The notes under the pieces: generated by a model
The model's database searches: none
What the model was told of the DNA's origin: nothing
The model's input: the letters and a program-made list of their open reading frames with translations, nothing else
Translations under genes and position numbers: made by a program
Part shown: positions 41,781-54,589 of the stretch, piece after piece
Layout: each line of letters begins with the position of its first letter
Position numbering within the stretch: the first letter of the stretch is position 1
Source: Octopus vulgaris
Taxonomy: Eukaryota
Assembly: GCA_951406725.2 (NCBI GenBank)
Contig: OX597815.1
Span: 77,004,001-77,068,000 of the forward strand
Direction: 5' to 3'
Length of the DNA stretch: 64,000 bases

Positions 41781-42119
41781 TTTAATTAATTTAGATTTCC
41801 GGGTTGTCGCTTTTCTCTTTTTTCATCAGAATTACTCATTGATTTAATCTGGTATTCTACTACACATGTCGTGACTATTTTTGTTTTCTTTCTAATAATT
41901 ATTTTCAATTGTGTAGGTGTTCTAAATATCAGGTTCTGGGTTAAAAACCAGCCGCGACTTAATTTCTCTTCAATTTCCTTTTCATCCCTTAGTGATTGAT
42001 GAAATAAGCTGATGTCAAGAACTGAGGTTGATTTTATAAACGCCATCTTCCTTTTAATATTACATCTTACTATTATGATTACAATCTCTGGCTGACACAT
42101 TCCTTAGAACACCGAAAAA

Positions 42120-42770
42120 TTGCTTTACGAGATTTGTTCCAACTCTTTACATTCTGAGTTCGAATTCCAGTGAGGTCAACTTTAACTTTCATCCCCTCTC
42201 CTCACCCCACCCCCACCCGGGTGGATAGAAAAATGTGTACCGGTCAAGTACTGGGGCTAATATAATTAACTTCCCCCTCCGCAATTGTTGGCCTTGTACC
42301 AAAATGTGAAACAGCTATTATCATTATTATTTAGGCTTAGACGCGGCGAGCTGGTAGAATCGTTAGCATGCCGGACAAAATGCTTAGCGGCATTTCGTCC
42401 GCCTTTACGTTTTTGAGTTCCGATTCCGCTGAGGTTGACTTTGCCTTTCATCCTTTCGGGGTCGATAAAATAAGTACCAGTTGGACACTGGGGTTAATGT
42501 AATCGACTCATCCCCTCCCTAAAAATTGTTGCCCTTGTGGCATAATTGGAAACCATTATTACTATTTAGGCAGTGAGCTAGTAGAATCGTTCGCACGTTG
42601 GACTAAATGCTTAGTGACATTTGTTTCAGCTCTTTATGTTCTGAGTAAAGAAGTCGATTTCACTTTTCATTATTTCGGAATCGATAAAATAAGGAACCAA
42701 ACAAGTATTGAGGTCAAGGTAATCGGCTCACCCATCTAAATTGTCGTCTTTGTGCCAAAATGAAAAAGAA
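42120..42770 (+). mobile_element. Three tandem Meta-core SINE copies
   Basis: The middle copy (42344-42555) is well conserved: GGCGAGCTGGTAGAATCGTTAGC...GCCTTTCATCCTTTCGGGGTCGATAAAATAAGTACC. Confidence 0.8.
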
Positions 42771-44479
42771 TAATTACCCTTATATTCAAGTAGTAATGTT
42801 TTTTATCTATTACAATAATAACCCCCATCCCGTTTGGTTATATATTATTGTGACCTTAGAGAGCAAGATACTTCATTTTACATTGCTCCAATCCATCCAG
42901 CTGCTGTTTACAACAACATAGTTGCTGGTGCAGCTCTCTCGTCCGCCATTTGTCACATTCTCTGTTTCCCTGAATCAATGGTGGAAGAGCTGGAAGGGTT
43001 TCTATGGTTGCGGTTGCATAGGCATCTACAGCTATTAGCGAAATCATGGTACAAACTATCAGGTCACACTCGCTTGTCAGTGACAATTAAACAAACATAA
43101 CCTGATATAAATTTTAATATGATACTCTGGAAGTTATCCCTGTACCACCACCATTCAGTTTTCTATTACTTTGGTTTGCTTTGTTTTGCAATACTCCTAG
43201 TTTTAACTTTTCATGAATTGTATTTATATGTTGCCCTCAGTGGTGATTAAAGAAAATATTAAAATTGTTGTTGTTGTCGTCTTCTTCATCACCATCAACA
43301 TTAATATTATACATATTTTTGAGAGATGCAATATTTCAGCAGATAGTGTTCTGTTCTTAGGCAAAACACTTATCTTTATTTGCCTTCGGCTTTGCACAGA
43401 ATTCAAAAACTGTGTGTGTGTGTGTGTTTGCATGTTTGTACGAGTGAATGCTTCTGTGTGAATATTTGTATGTGAGCATAGGTGTATGTATGTCTGTGTT
43501 ATAGCATACGTGAGCATCTCCTACATTCCCTGCACATTTATACTCATACACATACATACATTCCAACAGTACATATATAAACACATTTAATAACAAAGAA
43601 ATAAGCATAAAGGCAGTATCACCAACGCTATACACATTTTCTCTAACATACAGTATATTTCTGAAACATACTTTCGTTTTAATAAAAAAAATGTATGCAA
43701 TATTTCTTATGTTTGCTATTATTTCAGTCATTTTTATCTTTATAACTTTATAGCCCAGTTTAAGAAGCTGAAACTGTTACTCAATTTTGTTTTATTTCTA
43801 ATTTCGCGAGAGAGAGAAAAAATGTAATATTTACTAGCGGCTGTTTATTACAGAATATAATTATATTTTTGCAATAATTAGCTTTTGGTATTTGAAAATT
43901 CTTATTTTTCTTTCCCATAAAGTATTGTAAGCAAATTATCAATTATCATCTTAACACGGAGAGAAAATTATTAACTTTCATTTCAAATTAAGTTCAATTA
44001 GTAATAATTTTATAAATGCCAGTGCGTTTGCTCAAGAATTGTATAAATGTGTGGTATTTGTGTGTTGTGAGAAGTGAAATCTAATGGGAAAGTTTGAAGA
44101 AAGAAAAATATTTCAGTTCAAAGTGATAGAGAGATGAGAGGGAGGTAGTGGGGAGAGGAAGGAGAGAGGTTAGGGAAAGAAAAAATTATCAGTCAATTTT
44201 AAAATGTAAGAGAATAGTTTCGGACATAAAACTATTTTCCGTATAGCTTTCCTCGCAACCAAGTATTTTAAACATATAGTGAGTGATCCAATTGCTAATA
44301 ATTCAGCAAGTTATGATAAATCTGTACTTTGTTGAAAAGTTCCAGTAGAATGAAACAAATCTGGACTTGTCTCTCGTACTTGTCGTAAACGAAAAAATGA
44401 CATCGATTTCAAGATCAGGAATCCCGGGTGAACGAGTATCTTTTTGAGTATCGAGAATATTCATTGCATTATTTTATTT

Positions 44480-44825
44480 CGACTCTCTAACTTTTGAGTT
44501 CAAATCCTTCCGATCAGATATACCTTTCATCATTTCAAGGTTGATAACATAAAGTACCAGACAAGTACTAGGGTTGATGATATAGACTTGCACCCCCATT
44601 CACAAAATTGCAGGCCTTGTGCCTAAATTTGAAACCATTGTTATTAATGATATTGTTGTTGTTGGTAATGCGCCGAACAACATTTCTTGTGCTATTTGGT
44701 TGTACTACTTTACGTACTGAGTCCAAATCCTGGTCAACTTGCCTTTCGGGATCGATAAAATAAAATACCAGTCGTGTATTTTACTGATTGCTGTCCTTGT
44801 GCCTAAATCAGAAACCATTGTCGAG
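44480..44825 (+). mobile_element. Two degraded Meta-core SINE copies
   Basis: GAGTTCAAATCC..CCTTTCATC..GATAA..AAGTACCAG..CCTTGTGCCTAAA, twice. Confidence 0.65.
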
Positions 44826-45748
44826 ATTGAATTTTTATCTCCCCCCGCCCCCCGTATGAATAAAAACTACGACTCCGCATGCACAGAGATCGATTCTATA
44901 TTTTATCCCCGCAACCAATAAATAACCCTGTGATATATAAAAAAAATCAATAATAATTTTTTGCTTTATTATAGGTTGTCATATACTGACAATAGACGAC
45001 ATATTGCATTGTATATTATTTTTGAGATAAAACTAACTATTGTCAATCTTTCTCGTTTCTCCACACAGATAATGACATTCCTTTCAAAATCACTGTATTA
45101 TTTAATCTAGGGAAAATCACGCGGTTCGTAGGCAAGTCAGACTGAATATAAGATTGTGGTGTCTTTCGTTTCAGCTGTTAACGTTTCAAAATAACAATCT
45201 TCCAAAATAAATGCTTTATTATGGTACCAGGTGGTTTGCAGGCAGAAATTTCCCATGAATAAAAAGGAAGTGATGCTGTTCCTGCTGAGAGTTGATATAT
45301 ATTTTTTTTTATTCTTTATAAACTGAATGGAAATAGGTAAATTGTTCTATTAAGTCGGAGCAAAAGTGAACGTAGTCTTGGAAAATATTCGTTATTAGAT
45401 ATTTTTATGAAAATATTTTTGGTTGTATTTCTCTGCATGCAGTCACAACTATCTAGGTATTGTTTTTCTAGTTGGGGTTACATTAATCTTGATCGATTAG
45501 GCAGAAAATATACATACAATGGAATGTTTTTCTAAAACACGTATATTGAACAGTGTTTCCAAGGATTTCATGGAAAAAATTGTCTCCATTTAAAAGCATT
45601 CAGAATTGCGAAACAAGTCTCCATGCAAAATATGGAATACGAAACTGAAATTTCTATTACTGCATAGTCAGTCAGAAAAGTTACAATTGCTTTAAGTCTA
45701 CTTTATGATACCTATTTCATGAATCCCTTGGTAAGCATCACTTAACAT

Positions 45749-45867
45749 TTCTTCTTCTTCTTCTTCTTCTTCTTCTTCTTCTTCTTCTTCTTCTTCTTCT
45801 TCTTCTTCTTCTTCTTCTTCTTCTTCTTCTTCTTCTTCTTCTTGTGGTCGTTGTTGTTATTATTATT

Positions 45868-45899
<32 letters not shown>

Positions 45900-45910
45900 T
45901 ATTATCATCA

Positions 45911-45953
<43 letters not shown>

Positions 45954-45987
45954 CTGATTATTTCATTATTATTATTATTATTATTAT
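45749..45987. repeat. (CTT)n-(ATC)n-(ATT)n compound trinucleotide array
   Basis: Directly visible. Confidence 0.95.
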
Positions 45988-48900
45988 TTTCTGTTCAGTA
46001 GTTTTATTTTTATAGCGTGCTTTCACTTCACTACCGAGCGCAGCTCTGTGTGCCTTAGGTATGTGCTGTGATTTGTTGTGATGCTCTGATGGTTATTGTA
46101 TGGAAAGTGTTCTGCGTAGGATGTGTGCAGTGCCTAGTAGTGCAATTTTCTGTATGTTATATGTGTTTGTAAGTCCTGGTGTTTTTGTTATGTATTTGTC
46201 TGAATATTTTTTTATCATGCCTAATGCACCTACTATGATAGGAATTGTTTCTGTTTTCAGATTCCACATTCTAGTTACCTCTATTTCCAGGTCTTTGTAT
46301 TTTGACAGTTTCTCCATTTCTTTTAGAGACACGTTGTCATCTGCCGGTATTGATACATCAATTAGAAAGCATTTTTTTCTTCATGATCTCTGACAACTAT
46401 ATCTGGTCAGTTGGCCTCAATTTCTCTATCTGTGTGTATCGGCATATCCCAGAGTATGGTTGCTTTCTCGTTTTATGTGACCTTTTCTGGTGTGTGCCTA
46501 TACCATCTTTTTTCTGCTGTTATTCCATAATGTTGGCATAGCTTCCAGTGTATGTAGGTTCCAACTCTGTCATGTCTGTGAATATATTCCTTCTTAGCCA
46601 GGACTGGGCAGTTAGAGATAATATGATTTATTGTTTCTTGTCCATCTCCACATATTCTGCAGTTACTTGTAATATTTCTTTTCATTACATGTTTTTGGTA
46701 ATTTCTGGTGGGAAGGCTTTGGTCTTGTGCTGCAATTAAAAATCCCTCTGTCTCTGCTTTGAGTCCTGAGCTTCTCAACCATTGCTGGGATTTTTCTTTG
46801 TCTATTTATTTTGCGTTTAGTTTAGTCCAGTATTTACCATGAAGGGGCTTTTCTTGCCATCGTTTTATCATGGTTCGTTACTGTTCTATTTTTAGTTTGG
46901 ATTTCATTTGTTTTATAGCTTTTGTTGTTTCTTCATCTTCTTCTTGTTCTTCATATTTATTAGGTGGTATGATTTCTTGTTTGTATTTGTCAGCTTCCTT
47001 AAATACTGAGAACAGTTTTTTGTTTTGCTCGTGTTTTGCCGCTATTTGTATCAGTTTTCCTTCCTTCTGAAGTAGATATTTTTGCAGTCCTATGGTGGTT
47101 ATTTTATAGTAGTTTTCCAGCCTCTACCACCTTCTATACGTTGTATATTTAGTCTTTCTATGTCAGATTTTGGGTGATGCATCCTAGATCCTGTCATTAT
47201 TTTTCTTGTTTTACTATCTATTTTGGTTAGTTCATTTAGTGTCCAGTTAAGGATATTGTAGCTGTAACTTATAACTGGGACAGCTAAAGTGCTAATACCT
47301 ATTATCTTGTTTTTAGCATTGAGCTCTGTTTTTAGTATTGATCTAACTCGTCTATAATATTCTTTTTTTATTTCCTCTTTCATTTGTGTGTGTTGTGTCT
47401 TATCTAGTTCATGGATTCCTAAGTATTTGTAAGTTTGGCTTTGGTCTAATTCTTTTATTTCATTGGTTTTATCTAGTGTGATGTTGCTACTCTTAACTAG
47501 TTTTCCTCTTTTCATGGTTACTTTGGCGAATTTTTCTAATCCAAATTTCATATCTATTTCTTTGGTAAATCCATGAACTGTCTTTAATAGTGTTTCCAGT
47601 TGTTTGTCATTTGCAGCGTATAGTTTTAGGTCATCCATATATAAAAGGTGGCTGATCGTTTTGCCGTGACATTTATATCCGCATCCAGTTCTATTTAGCA
47701 TATCAGATAGAGGTGACAGTGCCAAGCAGAAAAGGAGTGGAGAATGCGTGTCTCCCTGGAATATTCCTCTTCTAATGGGGATGGCTTTGGTTTTCATGAG
47801 TCCCTCTTTTGTTTGGAGCTGTAGCACTGTTTGCCATTTATTCATAGAGTGCCCTATGAATTTTATAATTGTTGGTGCTACTTTGTTAATGGCTAGTATT
47901 TCGAGGATCCATGTGTGGGGGATGCTATCAAACGCCTTTTTGTAGTCGATCCAGGCCATACTGAGGCCTTTCTTCTTTCTGTGGCTGTCTTCAGTTATGG
48001 CTTTATTAATCATTAGTTGATCTTTACAGCCATATGAGCCTTTGCGACATCCTTTCTGCTCTTCTGGAAACAGGTTGTTTTCGTCCAGGTGCTTGATTCA
48101 ACCTTTGCGATATCACTGCAGTAAATGCCTTGTACATTGTAGGGAGGCAGGTTATTGGTCTGTAGTTTTCTGGTTTTGCTGTCTCATTTGATTTGGGAAT
48201 TAAGATGGTTTTCCCTTCGTGAGCCATTCAGGCATTGTCTCTGGCTCTGCTAGTATGTTGTTAAAGTTTTCAGCCAGCTTTTTGTGCATTCCTGTTAGAT
48301 ATTTCAACCAGAAGTTAGGGATCTTGTCATGCCCAGGTGCCTTCCAGTTGCTTAGTCTTTGCAGTGCCTGGGTGACCTCTTCAGTTGTTATGGGGGTCCA
48401 AAGTTGCTCAGATGCTGAGTTTGTTGTTTTAATACTCCTTTTTTTTGGTGTTCGTTCGCCGACCATATTTCTCTCCAGAATTCTTCCACTTCTTCTGCCG
48501 TTGGTGCTGCAGTGATTTCTATTTTATTTTTGCCAAGTTCTTGGTAGAACTTTTGGGGTTGGAGTTGAACTTTTTGTTTTGTTCAAAGAAGTGCTGGCGT
48601 TTCTCGTAACGGCGGATCCTTTGTGCTTTGGCAAGGATATCTTGCTTCAGCTTTTCTTTTATCTCAGGTAAATCTTTTTCTGTGATGTTATATTTGCGGA
48701 GTATTTTTGTTTTCTTTTTGTTGCTCAGTAGCGTTGATTGTCTACTGATTTCATTAAGAATCGACAGATCTTTTCTCATTTTTTATATTGTGTTTTGGAT
48801 GTTATTTATCCACAGGGTTTGTTTGGGTGGTGGTACTCCTGTTTCGATGGGTTTGAGTGAGTATCCAGCTTCTTTTGTGGCTGCAGTGGCTGCTGCGTAT

Positions 48901-50091
48901 AGTATGTCATTTAGCTCAGTGATATCGCTTTTTGTTTCAGGGCCTATTAGTTCCGTGACGGCTAGGTTTATAATTGGTGTTGTTGTTTCGTCTATTTTGA
49001 TTTTTGGGAGGTATGGTCGGTGGTCCATTTTGAGCTCTGTGGTTTTCAGTTCTTTGATTATTTTACTTTTTATATTATCATAATCATTAGGCTCCCCTTC
49101 GTTGTTTCCAGGTTTTAGATTTGTGTCGCTTTCTTTCTTATTTATATGTTTGTTTGCCGTGTTTTGGCTTGCTGTTTGTCGTGTATTATTATGCATCCTT
49201 ACGGTCTGGGTTTGTTGTTTTTTGTTTACATCGTGTTTGTTGGGAATGTTACGTTTGTCTTCGTGTTTTACTGTTTCAGTGTTTATATTATTGGGCATTG
49301 TTGTGTGGCTTCTATCTACATTTTCCTGGTGTATTTTTCTTTTAGATGTTCTATTTCTATTTCTGATATTTTTTGCGTTGAGAATGTATCTTCGTACGTT
49401 AGCTAGTTTATTAGGGTTCATTGTTGTATCCAAGTCTATATTTATGTTATTTTCCTTCCATATTTTATATGTATGTGTTGTTGTGTTTTCATTTTTTGGG
49501 TAGAGCACTGCTGTGAAGTATGCGTGTAGGATAGAAATGTATTCCTCACGTGTCCATTTATGTCTTTTGGGTTTTATTTGCGGGACATGAGGAACAACGT
49601 CCGGCCCATTATTTTGACGGTCGTCATTTTCGTAGGGTACCGGTCCGTTCATTTCTGTTGTCACATTGTTTTGCACGTGTAGTTTTTCGTACATTTTGTG
49701 TTGTAAGTTTAAAGTACGTACCTCCCGATTGTTATTCTTGGGTTGAATAATATCGGTGGTATTTAATTTCTTCGTAGTTCCTTTGTACATGGTGTTTGGG
49801 GTCGAAGATGATCTGGTGTTGATGGATCGTAATGTTCCACGCATGTTTACATGTGTTGTGTTAGAGGTGGAGATGATATCGAGTCAAAATGCATCATTTC
49901 GTTTCGAAAATAGTAATAAATTTCAATGAGTATTACTTACTCGGATACAGTCCAATCCTTTGTTAGTAAATCTTTGGCTCCATACGATGTCCTTGTTTTC
50001 GATGTTTGTGGATAGATTTCGGAGCTCTGTTTTATCGTTCTTACATCTTAAACGTCCCCCGGTGTATTCTCTTTCTTAAACGTCCCCCGGT

Positions 50092-50093
<2 letters not shown>
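45988..50093 (-). mobile_element. Near full-length R4/Dong non-LTR retrotransposon (frameshifted single ORF 49844-46093)
   Basis: KWTREE N-terminal motif; WKAPGHDKIPNFWLK; NYRPITCLPT; WIDYKKAFDS; GIFQGDTHSPLLF; HLLYMDDLKLY; GGRG; CRICG..ETINHIISNC; RHD; PDIV..CFLIDVS..EKLSKY. (TAA)n lies on both flanks. Confidence 0.93.
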
Positions 50094-50137
<44 letters not shown>

Positions 50138-50164
50138 CATTATTATTATTATTATTATTATTAT

Positions 50165-50398
50165 AAGGGCTGTGAGCTGGCAGAATCGCTAGCACGCCGG
50201 GCAAAATGCTTAGCGGTATTTCGCCTGCCGTTACGTTCTGAGTTCAAATTCCGCCGAGGTCGACTTTGCCTTTCATCTTTTCGGGGTCGATAAATTAAGT
50301 ACCAGTTACGCACTTGGGTCGATATAATCGACTTAATCCGTTTGTCTATCCTTGTTTGTCCTCTCTGTGTTTAGCCCCTTGTGGGTAGTAAAGAAATA
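50165..50398 (+). mobile_element. Full-length Meta-core tRNA SINE (octopus OK-like)
   Basis: GAGCTGGCAGAATCG..GAGTTCAAATTCC..GACTTTGCCTTTCATC..GGGGTCGATAAATTAAGTACC..GTGGGTAGTAAAGAAATA. Confidence 0.88.
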
Positions 50399-50516
50399 TG
50401 TGTTTCGTCTGTTATCACGTAATGCACACTGCAGACATGTGTGCACTGATAATTCAACAGTAAGCATGTCTTCTGCTTCTAACGAAAGAATGCCACAGAA
50501 ATAAAATGAAAATTAC

Positions 50517-52500
50517 TTCATTTATAGATGAACTCCAGTCGTCTTTATTACACAGCGAACTCGTGTAATATCATGTCATGCAGCTTCTTCATCTTGTCCA
50601 ACTCGTTCAAAATGCTTTTTTCGATGGAAATATGAGCTAGTGAAGACATCCGTTCTTGGGTCATTGTGCTTCTCAGATATGAGTGGATTATATCCAACGT
50701 TGAGAAACTTCTCTCGTTAGCGACTGATGGTAAAGGGATGGTTAGCACTAACTTAAATAGTTTAATGGATTTCAGCATTTTTGGAATCACTATCAGTATA
50801 CATATATTTTAGCTCGTTCACCAAGCTCTTGGAGTCAAAAATACAGGGATACTTGTTTTCTTGGGAGTCCATAGGTTGCATGGGAAACGAGTTAGCAAAC
50901 TCTTTAAACTTATTTATGTCTAGTAATTCAAAAAATGCATACTCCTGAATGCCAGAAAATCTCTCTCGTAAGGACATTAGACTGTTATCAATTATTTCGA
51001 AATAGGTAGTTTTGTAATTAATTTGTGCACCTCTGACTATTTTTCTAAGAGGAGGATCGGACTCATCTGCCTGTTCAATGGCAGCAGCTGTATCGCGCAG
51101 AATGTTTTTATAATGCTCGTCCTTGCGATAACCTTCAACACAATTAATGATCATGCTTTATGTCGAGTAGCTTACACTGTAGGATATCAAAGACTTTTGC
51201 AGCCTGAAAAAGTATGTTATGAAAGCAATTGATGAAAAACATGAATGTGAAATCAGTCAACTTTGCCAATAGGTTGTCTGTTTGACAAAGTATATCTTCA
51301 TCCCTAGAGCCTAGAATACTTGTGAAGGCATTTTTCAAATTTTCATGCAATATTTTTATGGATGACACAGTCTTTGAACTGCAGCACCATCTTGTTTCAC
51401 ACAGTGGTGAAATACTGAGATTAAACTGCCTGGAAACATTTTTCCGTTTGGTACTGGAAGATGTAAATTTATTAAATGCGCGTAAATGAGAAAAAAGCAT
51501 TTTTACTCCACTCACCTTCTCAGCATTTTTACTTAAGACTAAGTTAGGTTTATACGCATAGCAGTGAATGAAGTGCGCGTGTTTAATTCCTTTATCCCTT
51601 AGCTTGCTCTGTACTCCATTTAACGTCCCTGCCATTACAGCTGCTCCGTTGTAAATCTGGCTCACTAATTTATCTGTAGCGTCACTGAAGGACTTCAACA
51701 CAATTGTGATCACATCAGCCAATCTTGTAGCACTTTTATCATCATTGACTTCATAGAATCCAATAAACTATTCACGTGTTTTGTCTTCATATACATATCT
51801 TATTATGATCACCAGTTGGGCATGCATTGCACAGTCTGTAGTTTTGTCGGCTTGTGCAGACATAAACGGAACTTTATCAACGTCGCTTCAAATTTCATTA
51901 GAGATTATATTTCCAATCGCTTGTAATAGGTCATTTTGCATTGTACTTGAGACTCCTGAAAATTGTTTCGACCCCTCTTTAGTAGAAAGTCTAGAGGTAA
52001 ATACGCTGTCGGTTTCAGTAAAGCACTGCAATAGTTCGCGGTAATTTCTTCTATCAAGGCAGTGACTTCCTTCATGTCCACGTAAAGGCAACTCTTGTTT
52101 ACACAGATATAAAACTGCATTTGTTAACTGCTTTGAATATTGTCTATTTTCTTCGGCTGCTTTGTTATGCCGTCACTCCACTTCCAGTTTAGCACACTCG
52201 CTAAGAGCTGTCACAATATCGTACAGTCCGAAAATTTTCAAGCTTTTATAACTACTTAAATGACTCACTGATTTACTGTGATGCTTACGGTCAATCAGGA
52301 TGTTTTTATAATTATTATATCCTCCATCTGTCCAGCAGTAGAGTTTCTCTGTGAAGCTACTTACACAAAACCAATCTATCTGTTCATACCATTTTTTATC
52401 TGGAATGTTCGAGTTCTAGCTTTAGTTTTCAATGAAGGAGTCGGCCTACCTGCTCGAAGAATATCACATTTTTTCGCAATATTTCTAACCCCAAATGGCT
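50517..52500 (-). mobile_element. hAT transposase pseudogene (ZMYM1-like, DUF4371 plus hATC)
   Basis: LRGHE..NYRELL..QNDLL; QLVIIIRYV; YNGAAVMAG..GVQ; HFIHCYAY; ETRW; ERSFSTL..YLRSTMTQERMSSLAHISIE; RRLEFIYK*. Confidence 0.88.
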
Positions 52501-52562
52501 TCTAAGGTAAAAAAAATAAAGCAACCCTGCAAAACACAACTGATCTTTACACACAGTCGCAC

Positions 52563-52810
52563 AGAATAACAGCAATCAGATAATGAAAGCGGAGAGCGCA
52601 GCAAACACCAGCGATCTGACTGTCGCCTATACTCTTGACAAGAAATATCAGTTAGTCCTTTACACCTACCAAGCTCGTTCGTATTTGCCCGAGTTGCTAG
52701 ATAACAGCAATCAAATAATGAAAGCGGAGCACTGACTGTCACCTGTACTCTTGACAAAAGATGTCAGTCAGTCCTTTACACCTACCAGGCCCGAGTTACT
52801 GGATAATTTT
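52563..52810. repeat. ~136-bp direct repeat upstream of the hAT ORF
   Basis: AGATAACAGCAATCA.ATAATGAAAGCGGAG..CTGACTGTC.CCT.TACTCTTGACAA..AGTCCTTTACACCTACCA occurs twice. Confidence 0.8.
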
Positions 52811-52959
52811 TCGTTTCTTTACAAATATTGTATAACGGAAACTTTTCATAGATTGGAATTTAAATACTAATTACTATAGAAATTTATTGTTTCAAGAAAA
52901 CATTGAATTTAAATTACTTTTGATTTTTAGGATTATAGATAACAACTCGGGTTGTAACT

Positions 52960-53525
52960 TCTCTAAGTTACAGTACGGAGTTGCTGCGTCGAAAATCTCA
53001 TGGTTGGAGGAAAGATTCGTGATCCTCTTACTAACACCCTTTACTAGGTTTTTGAACTCGATGGGTGGGTGGCAGGAGGTTGTGTTGATGTAGGTAAGCC
53101 TCTCGTTTGGTTTGCGGTAGGGCCTGTATGTACCGGAGCCCAAGTCGAGCGTGACGTCTAAGAAGTCCGCGGTTGTGAGATTGGTCTGTATGGTGATTTT
53201 CAGGCCCATGAAGGAAAGTGTGATGATTGGATCTTTTCTCAGCCTGTCTAGTGTATGTCCGCTCGCTCCCCTAAAGATGGCCAGGGCATCATCTCTGTAG
53301 AGGTCAAAGAGGACAGAGGGAAACTCTTTTCTAAGGGTATCGAGGATATACAAACCGATGAGGTTGCATACGTCAGCGTTGTCGTAGGCTCCCATCGCTA
53401 CGTCAAAGGAGCCCAAGGGGTTGGATTGCTTGACCCAGGCCGAAGCTTTGTTGAACAGCACTGTCTTTTGGCATTCAGAATGATTTCTATATCTCTGTCG
53501 CTAATGTTAGTGAAGCCCCTACTCT
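52960..53525 (-). mobile_element. PLE (Naiad-like) RT core fragment
   Basis: FDVAMGAYDNADVCNLIGLYIL..LYRDDAL..GLKITIQTN..DFLDVTLDL..YRPYRKPN..YIN..SCHPP. Confidence 0.9.
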
Positions 53526-53619
<94 letters not shown>

Positions 53620-53633
53620 CCTGGTATATATAT

Positions 53634-53908
53634 ACCAGAGTAAGCACATAAATGTGTAACAAGGTGGGAAAAATAGTACTTGAATATCGGAAGTAGAGTA
53701 ATATGCTTTATAAATAAAGCTGCAAAGACATCATAAAAGCTATTACTCAGAGTTTCACGTTCCCGTTCTTCAGTCAGGAACGTGAAACTCTGAGTAACAG
53801 TTTTTGTGATGTTTTTGCAGTTTTGTTAATATAGCATATTACTCTACCTCCGGTATTCGAGTACTGTTTTTTTTCCACCTTGTTTCATATTTATGTGCTT
53901 ACTCTGGT
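53634..53908. mobile_element. Foldback of a PLE pseudo-LTR (~130-bp arms) with a hammerhead at the turn
   Basis: ACCAGAGTAAGCACATAAAT...TTACTCAGAGTTTCACGTTCC is mirrored by GGAACGTGAAACTCTGAGTAA...ATTTATGTGCTTACTCTGGT. Confidence 0.88.
53740..53777 (-). ncRNA. Hammerhead motif with intact core
   Basis: Minus strand: CTGA-CTGAAGA-ACG-GGAA-CGT-GAAA-CTC-T-GAG-TA-ATAG; the first stem I pair is mismatched. Confidence 0.7.
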
Positions 53909-54024
53909 GTAACCGCTTCCTTTTTAAGAAAGTTTAAATGACTCTCCACAAGTAAGAAGAAAACAAATATATATATATGTATACACATATATATACATAT
54001 ATATATATACACATACATACATAC

Positions 54025-54095
<71 letters not shown>

Positions 54096-54589
54096 TAGAC
54101 GAATGACATGAACTCGCTAACAAATAATTATCTAAAATACTAACATCTTTTTCTCAATATATAAAATTTGTACGCCACTTCAAACAATTTATACATATGA
54201 ATATATATTTGTACCAACCTGTGCCTGTTTAAATGTCTATTAACGTATATCTGAGCATTTCTGTGCGCGTATGAATAGTTAAATGTATGTTCATTATTTG
54301 TCCATGAGAGTAGATTTGTTTATCGAAATGTGCATCTTTCTGAGAGACGCTTCTCTCCTTCAAACTCCATTGTAATATTATGCTTATATATTGCTCCGAA
54401 GTTAATTATTTCTATGTATTTAAATGCTTTCCGAAATAAACATACCCTTCATTTTAATGGCTCCGAGAGAGCTAAAAGATGTACAAGCACTCAGATCTTA
54501 GTGCACTACTTCTGAGACCACAAACAGCTATAAGCTAATGAAGTTGGTTATATAAATCTTTTTCCATTCTCATCAAATAGTTTGCGCGC

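Noticed and set aside
49845-50093. HDV-like ribozyme at the Dong 5' end
   Set aside because: GGGGGAC has no downstream P1 partner, and the nested pseudoknot could not be built by eye.
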